From an uncultured Acidobacteriota bacterium (GTDB lineage: Bacteria > Actinomycetota > Acidimicrobiia > Spongiisociales > ZC4RG35), in NCBI GenBank assembly GCA_963828465.1, contig CAWHEU010000013.1, positions 1 to 64,000 of the forward strand: 64,000 nucleotides of DNA, written 5' to 3'. A model generated the notes under the pieces. The model made no database searches and had not been told where the DNA came from. It worked only from the letters and a program-made list of their open reading frames with translations. The translations under genes and the position numbers were made by a program. This document shows positions 32,508 to 41,602 of this stretch, piece by piece (position 1 is the stretch's first letter; every line of letters begins with the position of its first letter).

Positions 32508-33022
32508 CGCCGTCCGACGACCGCCAGGTCGTCGAGATCCAGATCGGGCGCCCGATACGCGCCGAATCGAGCCCGGTCTCACGCTGCCATCTCGGTCTCC
32601 CCGTCGTCGTCCGGGTTCCCCCGATCCTCGATGACGGGACGCCGTTCCCCACCCTCTACTGGCTGACCTGCCCGCTGGCCGTGGGGCGGGTGGCGCGGCT
32701 CGAGGGGGCCGGCGGGATAAAGCGTCTCGAGCGCAAGGCCGAAGTCGACCCGGATTTCGGAACCCGGCTCGCCGAGGCCCACGAGTCGTATGAGGGTGAG
32801 CGAACAACGTTGCTTCCAGGGGATGCCTCCAACCAGCCATCGGGAGGGGTCGGTGGGACCCGAACCGGGATCAAGTGCCTCCACGCCCACTACGCCCACA
32901 CCCGGGCCGGTGGTGACAACCCTGTCGGCGAGCTGGTGCAGGATTGGATCGAGCCCTTGGATTGCACCGTGCCTTGTGTGCTGGAAGGGGAGATGAACCC
33001 GGATTGGGTTGCCCGCCCGTGA
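32504..33022 (+). CDS. DUF501 protein
   Basis: GTPFPTLYWLTCP, GGVGG, KCLHAHYAH; typical eno-divIC-DUF501-ppx order. Confidence 0.9.
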
Positions 33023-33894
33023 GGGTGGGGGTGGTCGACATCGGCACCAACTCGATGCGGTTGCTGGTGACGGATGGGACCGAGGAGGTCGGTCGGTGGG
33101 TCGAGGTCACCGGTTTAGGCCGGGGAGTCGATCGCACCGGCACCCTCTCCCCGGATCGAATCGAGGAATCGGTGGCCGCTCTGGCTCGCTTCGGGGTGGA
33201 GATGGAGAGGGCGGAGGTTGGAAAACGGGCCGCCATCGCCACTTCGGCCTCCCGGGACGCGGCCAACCGCGAGGAGTTCTTCGACCTGGCCGAGTCAGCC
33301 CTCGGAGTGAGGCCGAGACTGATCACAGGCTCGGAGGAGGCTCGTCTCGCCTTCGCCGGCGCCACCTCTCAGGTGAAGGTCCCTTCGCCCATCGTCGTGT
33401 CTGACATCGGCGGGGGCAGCACAGAGTTCGTGACCGCCGAAGGAGAGATGTCGTTCGAGGTCGGGTCTGTTCGCCTCACCGAGCGATCGATCCCCACGCG
33501 CCCCGCGCCTTCGACCGAGATGGAAGCGGCCCGAGCACTCGTCGCCGGTCTCTTTTCAGAGGTCGACCTGCAGGCAGGGACCTTGATCGGGGTTGCCGGG
33601 ACGTGGACCAGTCTCGGCGCCGTTGCCCAGAACCTCCCCGAGTACTCGAGGGATCAGGTACATGGTCACCGGATGAGTCGTGACGCGCTGGCAGGCACGA
33701 TCGACTCGCTGGCTTCGATGACGGTCGAGGAGACCGCGGCCATCGCTGCACTCGACCCCAAGCGGGCCCCGGTGATTCTCGGGGGTGCCCTGGTGGCGGA
33801 AGCGGTGATGGACATCCTGGACGTCGACGAGGTGATGGTTTCGGAGCACGACACCCTCGACGGCGTCGCAATGGAGTTGCTGGCTATAGCCTGA
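33019..33894 (+). CDS. ppx: Ppx/GppA exopolyphosphatase
   Basis: VDIGTNSMRLL, ATSASRDA, EEARLAF, DIGGGSTE. Confidence 0.93.
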   Translation: MRVGVVDIGTNSMRLLVTDGTEEVGRWVEVTGLGRGVDRTGTLSPDRIEESVAALARFGVEMERAEVGKRAAIATSASRDAANREEFFDLAESALGVRPRLITGSEEARLAFAGATSQVKVPSPIVVSDIGGGSTEFVTAEGEMSFEVGSVRLTERSIPTRPAPSTEMEAARALVAGLFSEVDLQAGTLIGVAGTWTSLGAVAQNLPEYSRDQVHGHRMSRDALAGTIDSLASMTVEETAAIAALDPKRAPVILGGALVAEAVMDILDVDEVMVSEHDTLDGVAMELLAIA

Positions 33895-33905
33895 TGGCTG
33901 GCCCG

Positions 33906-33990
33906 GCCCGGGTGGCGGAATGCAGACGCGAGGGGCTTAAACCCCCTTGAGCCGAATCGGCTCGTGTGGGTTCGAATCCCACCCCGGGCA
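33906..33990 (+). tRNA. tRNA-Leu(UAA), long variable arm, CCA not encoded
   Basis: GCCCGGG/CCCGGGC acceptor stem; AGGGG-CT-TAA-AC-CCCCT anticodon arm; GAGCCG/CGGCTC variable arm; GTTCGAATC T-loop. Confidence 0.96.
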
Positions 33991-34018
33991 CTACCGGGCC
34001 AAGTCGACTACCCAAGAG

Positions 34019-34390
34019 ATGAGCGCGATGCGTAATCCCGAAGTAGATGCCTGGTTCGAGGCGAAGCAGCACCCGATGGAGGAGGCGATGCAGGCGGTGA
34101 GGAAGGTGACTCTCGATGCCGATCCCCGCATCACTGAGTCGATCAAGTGGTCGACCCCGACCTACTCCTACCAGGGCAACATCTACAGCTTCAACTCGGC
34201 GAAGAAATTCATCAGCTTGCTATTTCACACCGGGGCACAGATCCCGGGGGACCATCCGGCTCTGGAAGGTGACACCGAGACGGCGAGAGTGATGCGGTTC
34301 GCCGATGCCGGGGACGTGGAGCGCCGGGCCGGCGAACTCGTCGAAGTCCTCAGATCATGGTGCGAGTGGAAGGATGAAGGCGCCAGCTGA
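34019..34390 (+). CDS. DUF1801 (YdhG-like) protein
   Basis: ITESIKWSTPTY, LLFHTGA; start 34019 or 34028. Confidence 0.8.
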   Translation: MSAMRNPEVDAWFEAKQHPMEEAMQAVRKVTLDADPRITESIKWSTPTYSYQGNIYSFNSAKKFISLLFHTGAQIPGDHPALEGDTETARVMRFADAGDVERRAGELVEVLRSWCEWKDEGAS

Positions 34391-34461
34391 CTTGGCGTCG
34401 TGCGCCCATCTGCCTGAGTTCCTGAGTCGACAGTAGTTCGCGTCCAAAAGGTCGTGGGACC

Positions 34462-34569
34462 CGGGCCGGTGGGTGGGGGAGGGGAGAGGAACCGGGCCCG
34501 GGCCCCACGAAGCGCGTTGAAGATCTACGTCCTTGAGATTCTCCTTTCCCACATAGATCAACCCCGTGG
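34462..34569 (-). ncRNA. Candidate sRNA, two hairpins, C-rich 3' loop
   Basis: TACAAT on minus strand at 34581-34576; hairpin 1 GTTGATCTATGT...ACGTAGATCTTCAAC; hairpin 2 about 19 bp (34462-34520) with loop TCCTCTCCCCTCCCCCACCC. Confidence 0.5.
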
Positions 34570-34626
34570 CTCTGAATTGTAGGCAGACACCGGGTACTGA
34601 CCCCAGGCGAGCCGCGGTAGCGTTCC

Positions 34627-37356
34627 GTGGTGGCCGAATACCCATCCGAGTACGAACTCGATGTAGCGCTCAGGGACGGCGGCGGAGCGCGGATCCGGCC
34701 GATCAAGGCTGGTGACGGGCCTCTCCTGGTCGAATTCTTCGAGCGACTCGGCCCGGAATCCCGGTACTTCCGGTTCTTCAGGATCAAGGAGACCCTCGAG
34801 CCGAAGGAAGTCGAGTTCTTCACGAATGTCGATTACTCGGATCGGATGGCACTGATAGCGGTCCTGGACGGCAGGATGATCGGTCTGGCCAGCTACGACC
34901 GCGAGCCGGACAAGGACGGGACCGCTGAGGTGGCTTTCGCCGTGGCCGACGAGCACCAGGGTCGGGGCCTCGGGACCCAGCTCCTGCAACTCCTGACCAA
35001 CCACGCCCGCTCCCATGGGGTCCAACATTTCGAGGCTTTCGTGCTCCCCGAGAACCGGCAGATGATGCGATTGTTCCGTAACTCGGGTTACGAGTTGACC
35101 CGCACCATCGACGAGGGTGTGTTCACGGTCGACTTCCCGGTGGCGGAGAGCGAGGGCATGCTCCAGGCAGAATGGGAGCGGGAAAAGCGCGCGGTCGCCG
35201 CCTCGATCCTCCCGTTGTTCTTCCCCCGGTCGATAGCAGTGATCGGTGCCTCCAGCGACCCGGCATCGATCGGCGGCCGCCTGTTCCGAAACATCCTCAA
35301 CGGTGGCTTCACCGGACCTCTGTACCCGGTCAACCCCAAGGCCAAGGTGATCGGGTCGGTGCGCGCTTACCCGACGATCGGCGAGGTGCCAGACGAGGTC
35401 GATCTCGCCTACATCGTCGTCCCTCAGGCGTATGTCATCGACGTCGCCCGGCAGTGCGCCGCGTCCGGGGTGCGGGGCATCGTGGTGATCTCGGCCGGGT
35501 TCTCCGAGACCGGTGACGAGGGATCGAAGCTCGAGGCCGAGCTTCTCGGGATCGTGCGGGATTCGGGGATGCGGATGGTGGGCCCCAACTGCATGGGACT
35601 GCTCAACACGGCCCCCTCGGTCCAGCTCCATGGAACGTTCGCACCGGTCTACCCACCACCAGGAAATGTGGCCATGTCCAGCCAGTCCGGGGCCCTCGGC
35701 ATCGCCATCCTCGACTACGCCACCCGCAACAACATCGGGATCTCGCAATTCGTGTCCGTGGGGAACAAGGCGGACGTGAGCGGCAACGACCTGATTCTCT
35801 CCTGGGAGGACGACCCGCAGACCGATGTGATCACCTTGTACCTGGAGTCGTTCGGCAATCCGAGGAAGTTCTCGAGGATCGCCAGGCGGATCGGGCGTCG
35901 GAAACCGATCATCGCGGTCAAGTCGGGCCGTTCCGAGTCCGGGAGTCGTGCAGCGTCCTCCCACACCGGTGCCCTCGCCTCGTCGGATGTGGCCGTGCAG
36001 GCCTTGTTCCGCCAGGCCGGCGTCATCCGGGTCGACACGATCGAGGAACTGTTCGCCGCCGCCAACCTCCTCGCCCGCCAGCCGATTCCTGCGGGTGGGC
36101 GGGTCGGGATCGTCACCAACGCCGGTGGGCCCGGGATCCTCGCGGCCGACGCGCTCGAGGCGAACGGGCTGACGCTCCCCGAGCTCTCGGGCCCGCTTCA
36201 GGAGCAAATAGGCTCCAGGCTCGCGGCCGAGGCCTCGACCAGGAACCCGGTCGATCTGATCGCATCGGGAGGGCCCACTGAGTTCGAACACGCCAGTTCA
36301 CTGTTGCTCGAATCGGGGGAGGTGGACGCGGTGATGGTCATCTATGTGCCGGTCACACCGGAGGGTGCGCAAGACGTGGCGGCGGCAATATCACGCTCCC
36401 AGTTGGCTCACGAGGGCGATGTCACGATGCTCTCCGTGTTCATGCAGACCGGCGAGGCGGCGCACTTTCTGGGCGGTTCAGACGGTGGCAGGGCGGTCCC
36501 GACTTATCTTTTCCCGGAGTCCGCCGCCCTGGCACTTGCCCGGGCGGTTCGCCACGGGGAATGGCGTCGGCGTGATCCTGGGGTCGAGGCGAGGCTCGAA
36601 CCCGAGGCGGAAACAGAAATTCGGACCTTGGTCGACGAGGCTCTGAAATCGGTGCCCGCCGAGGGTGGGTGGCTCGACCCGGGCATCGTGGACGCGATTC
36701 TCGAGAAGGCCGGCTTCCGCGTCCCCGTTTCGAAGGTGGTGGGATCAGAAGACGATGCGATCGAGGCCGCGGCGGGGCTCGATGGACCCGTGGTCTTGAA
36801 GGTCATCTCGGAATCGGCGCTGCACAAGTCCGATGTCGGTGGCGTGGTCCTGGGTGTCCAAGGCGACGACGAGGTGAAGCGGGCCTACCAACAGGTGACG
36901 GCGGCAGTCGACGATTTCGAGGGCGTCCTAGTCCAGGAGTTTGTGTCAGGCGGACACGAGGTCCTGATCGGGATGACCCAGGACCCAAATTTTGGCCCTC
37001 TGGTCGTCTTCGGGCTGGGCGGGATCTATGTGGAGCTCCTTCAGGATGTCGCCTTCCGAATCCATCCGCTGACTGATGTCGACACTGCCGAGATGATGCG
37101 GGAGACCAAGGGGTTCCGGCTTCTCGAGGGGTATCGGAACCAGCCGCAGGGTGATGTGCCGTCCCTGGAGTCCGCACTGATGCGGGTGTCGGGCTTGATC
37201 AGCGCCGTGCCCGAGCTGCTGGAGATGGACCTGAACCCGGTCAAGGTCCTCCAGCCGGGGCAGGGTGTGGTGGTGGTGGACGCTCGAATGAAGATACGAC
37301 GTGTCGAGCCGGCGAGGCACCCCCGGATGCGGGACCTCCCCGGCGTCACGTCATGA
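34627..37356 (+). CDS. GNAT / acyl-CoA-synthetase-like fusion (Pat/YfiQ-type protein lysine acetyltransferase)
   Basis: N-terminal GNAT (HQGRGLGT), CoA-binding (VGPNCMG, SQSGALG, GNKADV), ATP-grasp (HKSDVGGV, DLNPV). Confidence 0.92.
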   Translation: MVAEYPSEYELDVALRDGGGARIRPIKAGDGPLLVEFFERLGPESRYFRFFRIKETLEPKEVEFFTNVDYSDRMALIAVLDGRMIGLASYDREPDKDGTAEVAFAVADEHQGRGLGTQLLQLLTNHARSHGVQHFEAFVLPENRQMMRLFRNSGYELTRTIDEGVFTVDFPVAESEGMLQAEWEREKRAVAASILPLFFPRSIAVIGASSDPASIGGRLFRNILNGGFTGPLYPVNPKAKVIGSVRAYPTIGEVPDEVDLAYIVVPQAYVIDVARQCAASGVRGIVVISAGFSETGDEGSKLEAELLGIVRDSGMRMVGPNCMGLLNTAPSVQLHGTFAPVYPPPGNVAMSSQSGALGIAILDYATRNNIGISQFVSVGNKADVSGNDLILSWEDDPQTDVITLYLESFGNPRKFSRIARRIGRRKPIIAVKSGRSESGSRAASSHTGALASSDVAVQALFRQAGVIRVDTIEELFAAANLLARQPIPAGGRVGIVTNAGGPGILAADALEANGLTLPELSGPLQEQIGSRLAAEASTRNPVDLIASGGPTEFEHASSLLLESGEVDAVMVIYVPVTPEGAQDVAAAISRSQLAHEGDVTMLSVFMQTGEAAHFLGGSDGGRAVPTYLFPESAALALARAVRHGEWRRRDPGVEARLEPEAETEIRTLVDEALKSVPAEGGWLDPGIVDAILEKAGFRVPVSKVVGSEDDAIEAAAGLDGPVVLKVISESALHKSDVGGVVLGVQGDDEVKRAYQQVTAAVDDFEGVLVQEFVSGGHEVLIGMTQDPNFGPLVVFGLGGIYVELLQDVAFRIHPLTDVDTAEMMRETKGFRLLEGYRNQPQGDVPSLESALMRVSGLISAVPELLEMDLNPVKVLQPGQGVVVVDARMKIRRVEPARHPRMRDLPGVTS

Positions 37357-37366
37357 GGGAGGCGAG

Positions 37367-37960
37367 TTGACGTTCTTGAACACTGTGACCGAGGATGAGG
37401 CCACCGCCGAGGTGGCGGCGATGTATGCCGCCGACATCGAGCGAGTGGGGTATTTGCACAACTACATCCGCACGTTCTCCCTACATCCTGCCGCCTATCA
37501 GGCCTGGCGCGGTCTAGTCGGCGCCATCGCGAAGCCGATGGATGAGCGTCGCTTCGAGCTGGCGACCTTCAGCGCCGCCAACCGACTCCGGTCCTCCTAT
37601 TGCTCGTTGGCGCATGGCCAGGTCCTGGTCGACAAGTTCCTCGAGCCTTCGGTGGTGCAGGACCTCGTCGAGGATCCGGGCTCAGCCGGTTTGGACGACG
37701 CCGACACCCTGATCGTGCAGTTCGCCGCCAAGGTCGCAGAAGACGCCAGCACCATCACCGAGGCAGACATCGATCGTCTTCGAGATGCCGGTCTCAGTGA
37801 CCGGGACGTCCTCGACGTCGTCCTCGCCGCCGCTGCTCGCTGCTTCTTCTCCAAGGTCCTCGACGCCACCGGGACCCTGGCCGATTCGGTCTACAACGAG
37901 ATGGACCCCGAGTTCCGGGAGGCGCTGACGGTGGGTCGGCCCATCGCCAAAGATTTCTGA
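37367..37960 (+). CDS. AhpD/carboxymuconolactone-decarboxylase-like protein
   Basis: RSSYCSLAHG, DIDRLRDAGLSD; TTG start after GGAGG. Confidence 0.8.
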   Translation: MTFLNTVTEDEATAEVAAMYAADIERVGYLHNYIRTFSLHPAAYQAWRGLVGAIAKPMDERRFELATFSAANRLRSSYCSLAHGQVLVDKFLEPSVVQDLVEDPGSAGLDDADTLIVQFAAKVAEDASTITEADIDRLRDAGLSDRDVLDVVLAAAARCFFSKVLDATGTLADSVYNEMDPEFREALTVGRPIAKDF

Positions 37961-37996
37961 GATTTCTTTGCGAATGGCCTGCTCCTGACCTGTTTC

Positions 37997-38018
37997 TGTC
38001 ACTCCCGGTTCGTACGTT
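37997..38018 (+). promoter_or_regulatory. RecA-NDp/PafBC-type DNA-damage promoter, leaderless
   Basis: TGTCAC-N10-TACGTT, six nt before ATG 38025. Confidence 0.65.
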
Positions 38019-38024
38019 GGGGTG

Positions 38025-39167
38025 ATGGAGAGGGAGAGTTTCACGAACGATGAGGCCGATGGGGTCTTGTCTCATCTGTTCTCTGGTCTGGCCGTTTTCT
38101 ACGCCGAGATTTGTGAGTGGTTGATCGATGCTGATCGGGGTCAACGGTTCCTGGCGGATGGTGCTCGCAATCTTCCGGAGTGGGTTTCGGCCCGATTTGG
38201 GCTGAGGCATTCGACTGCGGCGCAGTTGGTTCGGGTGGCGCGGCGGTTGCAGGATCTGCCTGTCTTGCGTTCCCGGTTTGCGGCTGGTGAGTTGTCGTTG
38301 GATCAGGTGGATGCGATTTCGAAACTGGCGACTGCGGAGACCGAGGAAGCGGTGATTGCCGAGTGTTCGGGTTTGTCGAATGCGGCCTTGGATCGTGCCG
38401 CCCGCCGGGCCAACCCGCCGTCTACTGAGGATGCGGTCGATTCGTGGCGGGTGCGTTGGTTGTCGATCCAATACACCCTGGACGGGATCAGAGGCAATCT
38501 TCACGCCGATCTGCCCGGTCCCGACCTGGCTCAGGTGGAATCAGCGATCCGAGAGAAAGCGGACGAAATACCGGTGAATCCAGAGTCGGGGATGTTCGAT
38601 CCGTATCCACAGCGGATGGCCGACGGATTAGTCGAACTCTGTTCCACCACCGGGGATGAGAACGGTTCGTCTCCAACTCAAATCGTGGTTCATGCTGATC
38701 TCGACGCGCTGATCGAGAACTCTGAGACCGGAGTGGCCGAGATCGAGGGTGGTCCGGTCATCGCCAATGAGACGGCCCGCCGTCTCTCCTGTGATCCGAT
38801 CCTCCAATGTGCTGTCTATGACCACAGGAAGGTGCTCGGGATCGGTCGGAGATCGAGGCTGATCCCGGCCTGGTTACGTCACCAGCTCTGGCATCGGGAC
38901 GGGAACTGTCGGTGGCCGGGATGTCCGTTCAAAGGTTGGCTCCACGCCCACCACAAGACCCATTGGGCCGATGGCGGACCCACCGATCTGGACAATCTGA
39001 TCCTCTTATGTGGCTACCACCACCGGTTCTTACATGAACACGGATGGACGATCGAAGACGACGGATACGGGAAACACGTATTTCGGAAACCCGATGGACA
39101 GGTCTACCCACCAATCCGACCCGTACTCGACCCCCGACTCCGAGAACTCGTCGGGCAGCGAACCTAG
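38025..39167 (+). CDS. DUF222 + HNH endonuclease (REP13E12-like)
   Basis: QRMADGLVEL, ARRLSCD, RDGNCRWPGC...HAHHKTHWADGGPTDLDNLILLCGYHH; atypical codon usage. Confidence 0.92.
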   Translation: MERESFTNDEADGVLSHLFSGLAVFYAEICEWLIDADRGQRFLADGARNLPEWVSARFGLRHSTAAQLVRVARRLQDLPVLRSRFAAGELSLDQVDAISKLATAETEEAVIAECSGLSNAALDRAARRANPPSTEDAVDSWRVRWLSIQYTLDGIRGNLHADLPGPDLAQVESAIREKADEIPVNPESGMFDPYPQRMADGLVELCSTTGDENGSSPTQIVVHADLDALIENSETGVAEIEGGPVIANETARRLSCDPILQCAVYDHRKVLGIGRRSRLIPAWLRHQLWHRDGNCRWPGCPFKGWLHAHHKTHWADGGPTDLDNLILLCGYHHRFLHEHGWTIEDDGYGKHVFRKPDGQVYPPIRPVLDPRLRELVGQRT

Positions 39168-39218
39168 GGCCCACCGCCCCCACCATCTCGCCCCAAAGCC
39201 CCCAACTACCCTCGCTGA

Positions 39219-39989
39219 ATGGAATTCGTCGAAGTCACCAGTGGACGACGCCGGTCGCCGTCGTCAGCCTCGAATCGCCCTCCGGTCAACGCCATGACCG
39301 AGGATTTCGCCCGCGAGCTGGGGGACGCTTTCTCCGAATGCGCCGACCCCGCCATCCGTGCGGTAGTGGTGACGGGGCAGCCCCATTTCGCCGCCGGAGC
39401 CGACATCAAGGGCTTCCAGGCGACTTTCGATGCCGGAGTGGAGGAGCGCAGTGCGTGGACTCTGCAGGAGGCCATCGGGATCCTCGAGTCTTTGGAGAAG
39501 CCGACCATCGCCGCCGTTCACGGGTACGCGTTGGGCGGAGGTCTCGAGCTGGCGATGGGAGCCGACTTCCGTTTTCTCGCCGACGATGCGCGGGTAGGGC
39601 AGCCGGAGATCCTGCTCGGTCTCATCCCTGGCGCCGGCGGAACTCAGCGTCTGGCCCGGATCGTCGGGTATCAGCGAGCCAAGGAGATGGTCCTGACCGG
39701 GCGACAGGTCGACTCCGAAGAGGCGCTGCAGATCGGCCTCGCCGACCAGGTGTTTCCCTCCGCAGAGTTGCTCGACGCCACTCTCGAGGCGGCTCGGGAG
39801 TGGGCGACAAAGGCAACCCGGGCCATCGCCGCCGCCAAGAAAGCTCTCAACGCCGGGTTCGGTTTGCCCGTGAGCGAAGGGCTATTCATCGAGCGGGATG
39901 CCTTCAACGAGTCATTCGGGACGGAGGATGCCCGCGAGGGCGTCGCCGCCTTCATCGCCAAGCGTGAGGCGGATTTCAAGGGCCGCTGA
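39219..39989 (+). CDS. Enoyl-CoA hydratase/isomerase
   Basis: NRPPVNA, FAAGADI, ALGGGLELAM, GQPEILLGLIPGAGGTQRL. Confidence 0.93.
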   Translation: MEFVEVTSGRRRSPSSASNRPPVNAMTEDFARELGDAFSECADPAIRAVVVTGQPHFAAGADIKGFQATFDAGVEERSAWTLQEAIGILESLEKPTIAAVHGYALGGGLELAMGADFRFLADDARVGQPEILLGLIPGAGGTQRLARIVGYQRAKEMVLTGRQVDSEEALQIGLADQVFPSAELLDATLEAAREWATKATRAIAAAKKALNAGFGLPVSEGLFIERDAFNESFGTEDAREGVAAFIAKREADFKGR

Positions 39990-40422
39990 GCTCCACCCGT
40001 TCCTTCAGCCGCATCACACTCTTCCGCCAGATCCGCCCGAAAATCGGTCGGGCCACCGCCAGTCCCACCGGTCCACCCATCCACCAGGGGAAGCGGAGGT
40101 CCTCCACCCAACGCATCTCGGTGCCGTCACCACTCGGTCCGATGTCGAATCTCCCATATCCCTTCACCGCTCCGACGTGTTCGACGACGATCGTTTGCTC
40201 CTCCTCCCATCTGACGACCTCCATGACATCCGTCGCCCGGAGTGGACCGACGCGGGTGGCGACCTCGATCCGGGTACCGAGCCCGGTGGTCCGGTCGGTG
40301 AGGAACCGTACGGTTGCCGCATCGCCCATCCACTGCGGGTGAGAGGCGAAATCGGCCAGCTCGGCCCAGACCCGTGCCAGCGGGGCGTCGATGAGGACGC
40401 TGACTTCGATCGGCCGGGTCAT
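39976..40422 (-). CDS. SRPBCC/polyketide-cyclase family protein
   Basis: IDAPLARVWAELADFASHPQWM. Confidence 0.85.
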   Translation of the reverse strand: MTRPIEVSVLIDAPLARVWAELADFASHPQWMGDAATVRFLTDRTTGLGTRIEVATRVGPLRATDVMEVVRWEEEQTIVVEHVGAVKGYGRFDIGPSGDGTEMRWVEDLRFPWWMGGPVGLAVARPIFGRIWRKSVMRLKERVELSGP

Positions 40423-40468
40423 CCGTGAATCGTGACATCCCCCTCATCCTGCGACAATTGGGGGCGAC

Positions 40469-41602
40469 ATGATCTATCTCGACCATGCCGCCACCACCCC
40501 GATGCGTCCCGGAGTCTGGGAGGCGATGCGCCCCTACGCGGACGACGTGTTCGGCAATTCGTCTGGCGTCCACGAGGTGTCCAGACGCGCCAAGAACGCC
40601 CTGGAGGAGGCGAGGGAGAGGATCGCGGTCGCCATCGGAGCCGGGCCGCGCGAGATCGTTTTCACATCCGGTGGCACCGAGTCTGACAACCTCGCCATAA
40701 AGGGCGCCTCGCTGAGCAGCATCCCGCGGCGAGGGGTGGTCACCGTCGCCACCGAGCACGAAGCGGTTCTCGAAACCACCGACTTCCTGCGACGTCTCGG
40801 TGTCCCGACGAACGTGGTCGGCGTCGACCGGGATGGTCAGGTCGATCTTCATTCACTCGTCGACACTGTCGATGCCAACACCGCAGTCGTCTCGGTGATG
40901 TACCTCAACAACGAGACCGGAGCGATCCAGGACATCGCGGGGATTGCCTCAGCGATCGAGGAGCACGAGCCCGACGTCCTGGTCCACAGCGATGCGGTGC
41001 AGGCCTTCTCCTCCGCCGAGATCGATGTCGACGACCTGGGTGTGGACCTCCTCACCATCACCGCTCACAAATTCGGTGGTCCCAAGGGTGCCGGCCTGCT
41101 CTACGTTCGGGAGGGGACCGCGCTCGAACCGGTTCTGCACGGTGGCGGCCAGGAGTTGGGGCGTCGCTCGGGTACCCATGATGTGGCTTCTGCCGTCGGC
41201 CTCGCCGCCGCGATGGAAGCTGCCCTCGCCGACCGATCGCGGTTTCGCAGCCAGGTCGCCCAGATCAGGGACGACTTCGAGAAGCGAGTCCTGGCCGCCG
41301 TACCGGATGCCGTTGTGAACACTCCCGAGACGGCGCGCTCCTCAAACCACCTCAATGTCAGATTTCCCGGGGTGCGAAACGAGACCCTCCTGATGCGTCT
41401 CGATCGGGCCGGGGTGGCGGCCTCGGCAGGCTCAGCGTGTCAGTCGGGGGCGTCGGAGGTGTCCCATGTCCTCGAGGCGATGGGGCTGAGCCCGGGCGAG
41501 GCGCGGGAGAGCGTTCGATTCAGCTTCGGCTGGAACAGCACGGCCGACGAGGCCATGGATGCCGCCACGATCGTCATCGACCTGATCGAAGAGTTGCGAT
41601 GA
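40469..41602 (+). CDS. iscS: Cysteine desulfurase (IscS/NifS type)
   Basis: YLDHAATTP, FTSGGTESDN, HKFGGPKG, SAGSAC; coupled to mnmA. Confidence 0.92.
   Translation: MIYLDHAATTPMRPGVWEAMRPYADDVFGNSSGVHEVSRRAKNALEEARERIAVAIGAGPREIVFTSGGTESDNLAIKGASLSSIPRRGVVTVATEHEAVLETTDFLRRLGVPTNVVGVDRDGQVDLHSLVDTVDANTAVVSVMYLNNETGAIQDIAGIASAIEEHEPDVLVHSDAVQAFSSAEIDVDDLGVDLLTITAHKFGGPKGAGLLYVREGTALEPVLHGGGQELGRRSGTHDVASAVGLAAAMEAALADRSRFRSQVAQIRDDFEKRVLAAVPDAVVNTPETARSSNHLNVRFPGVRNETLLMRLDRAGVAASAGSACQSGASEVSHVLEAMGLSPGEARESVRFSFGWNSTADEAMDAATIVIDLIEELR

Noticed and set aside
33906-34400. Genomic island integrated at tRNA-Leu
   Set aside because: No integrase and no duplicated tRNA 3' end seen downstream
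37951-37967. AGATTTCT direct repeat as target-site duplication of the HNH element
   Set aside because: Both copies lie on the same side; no matching copy found after the gene
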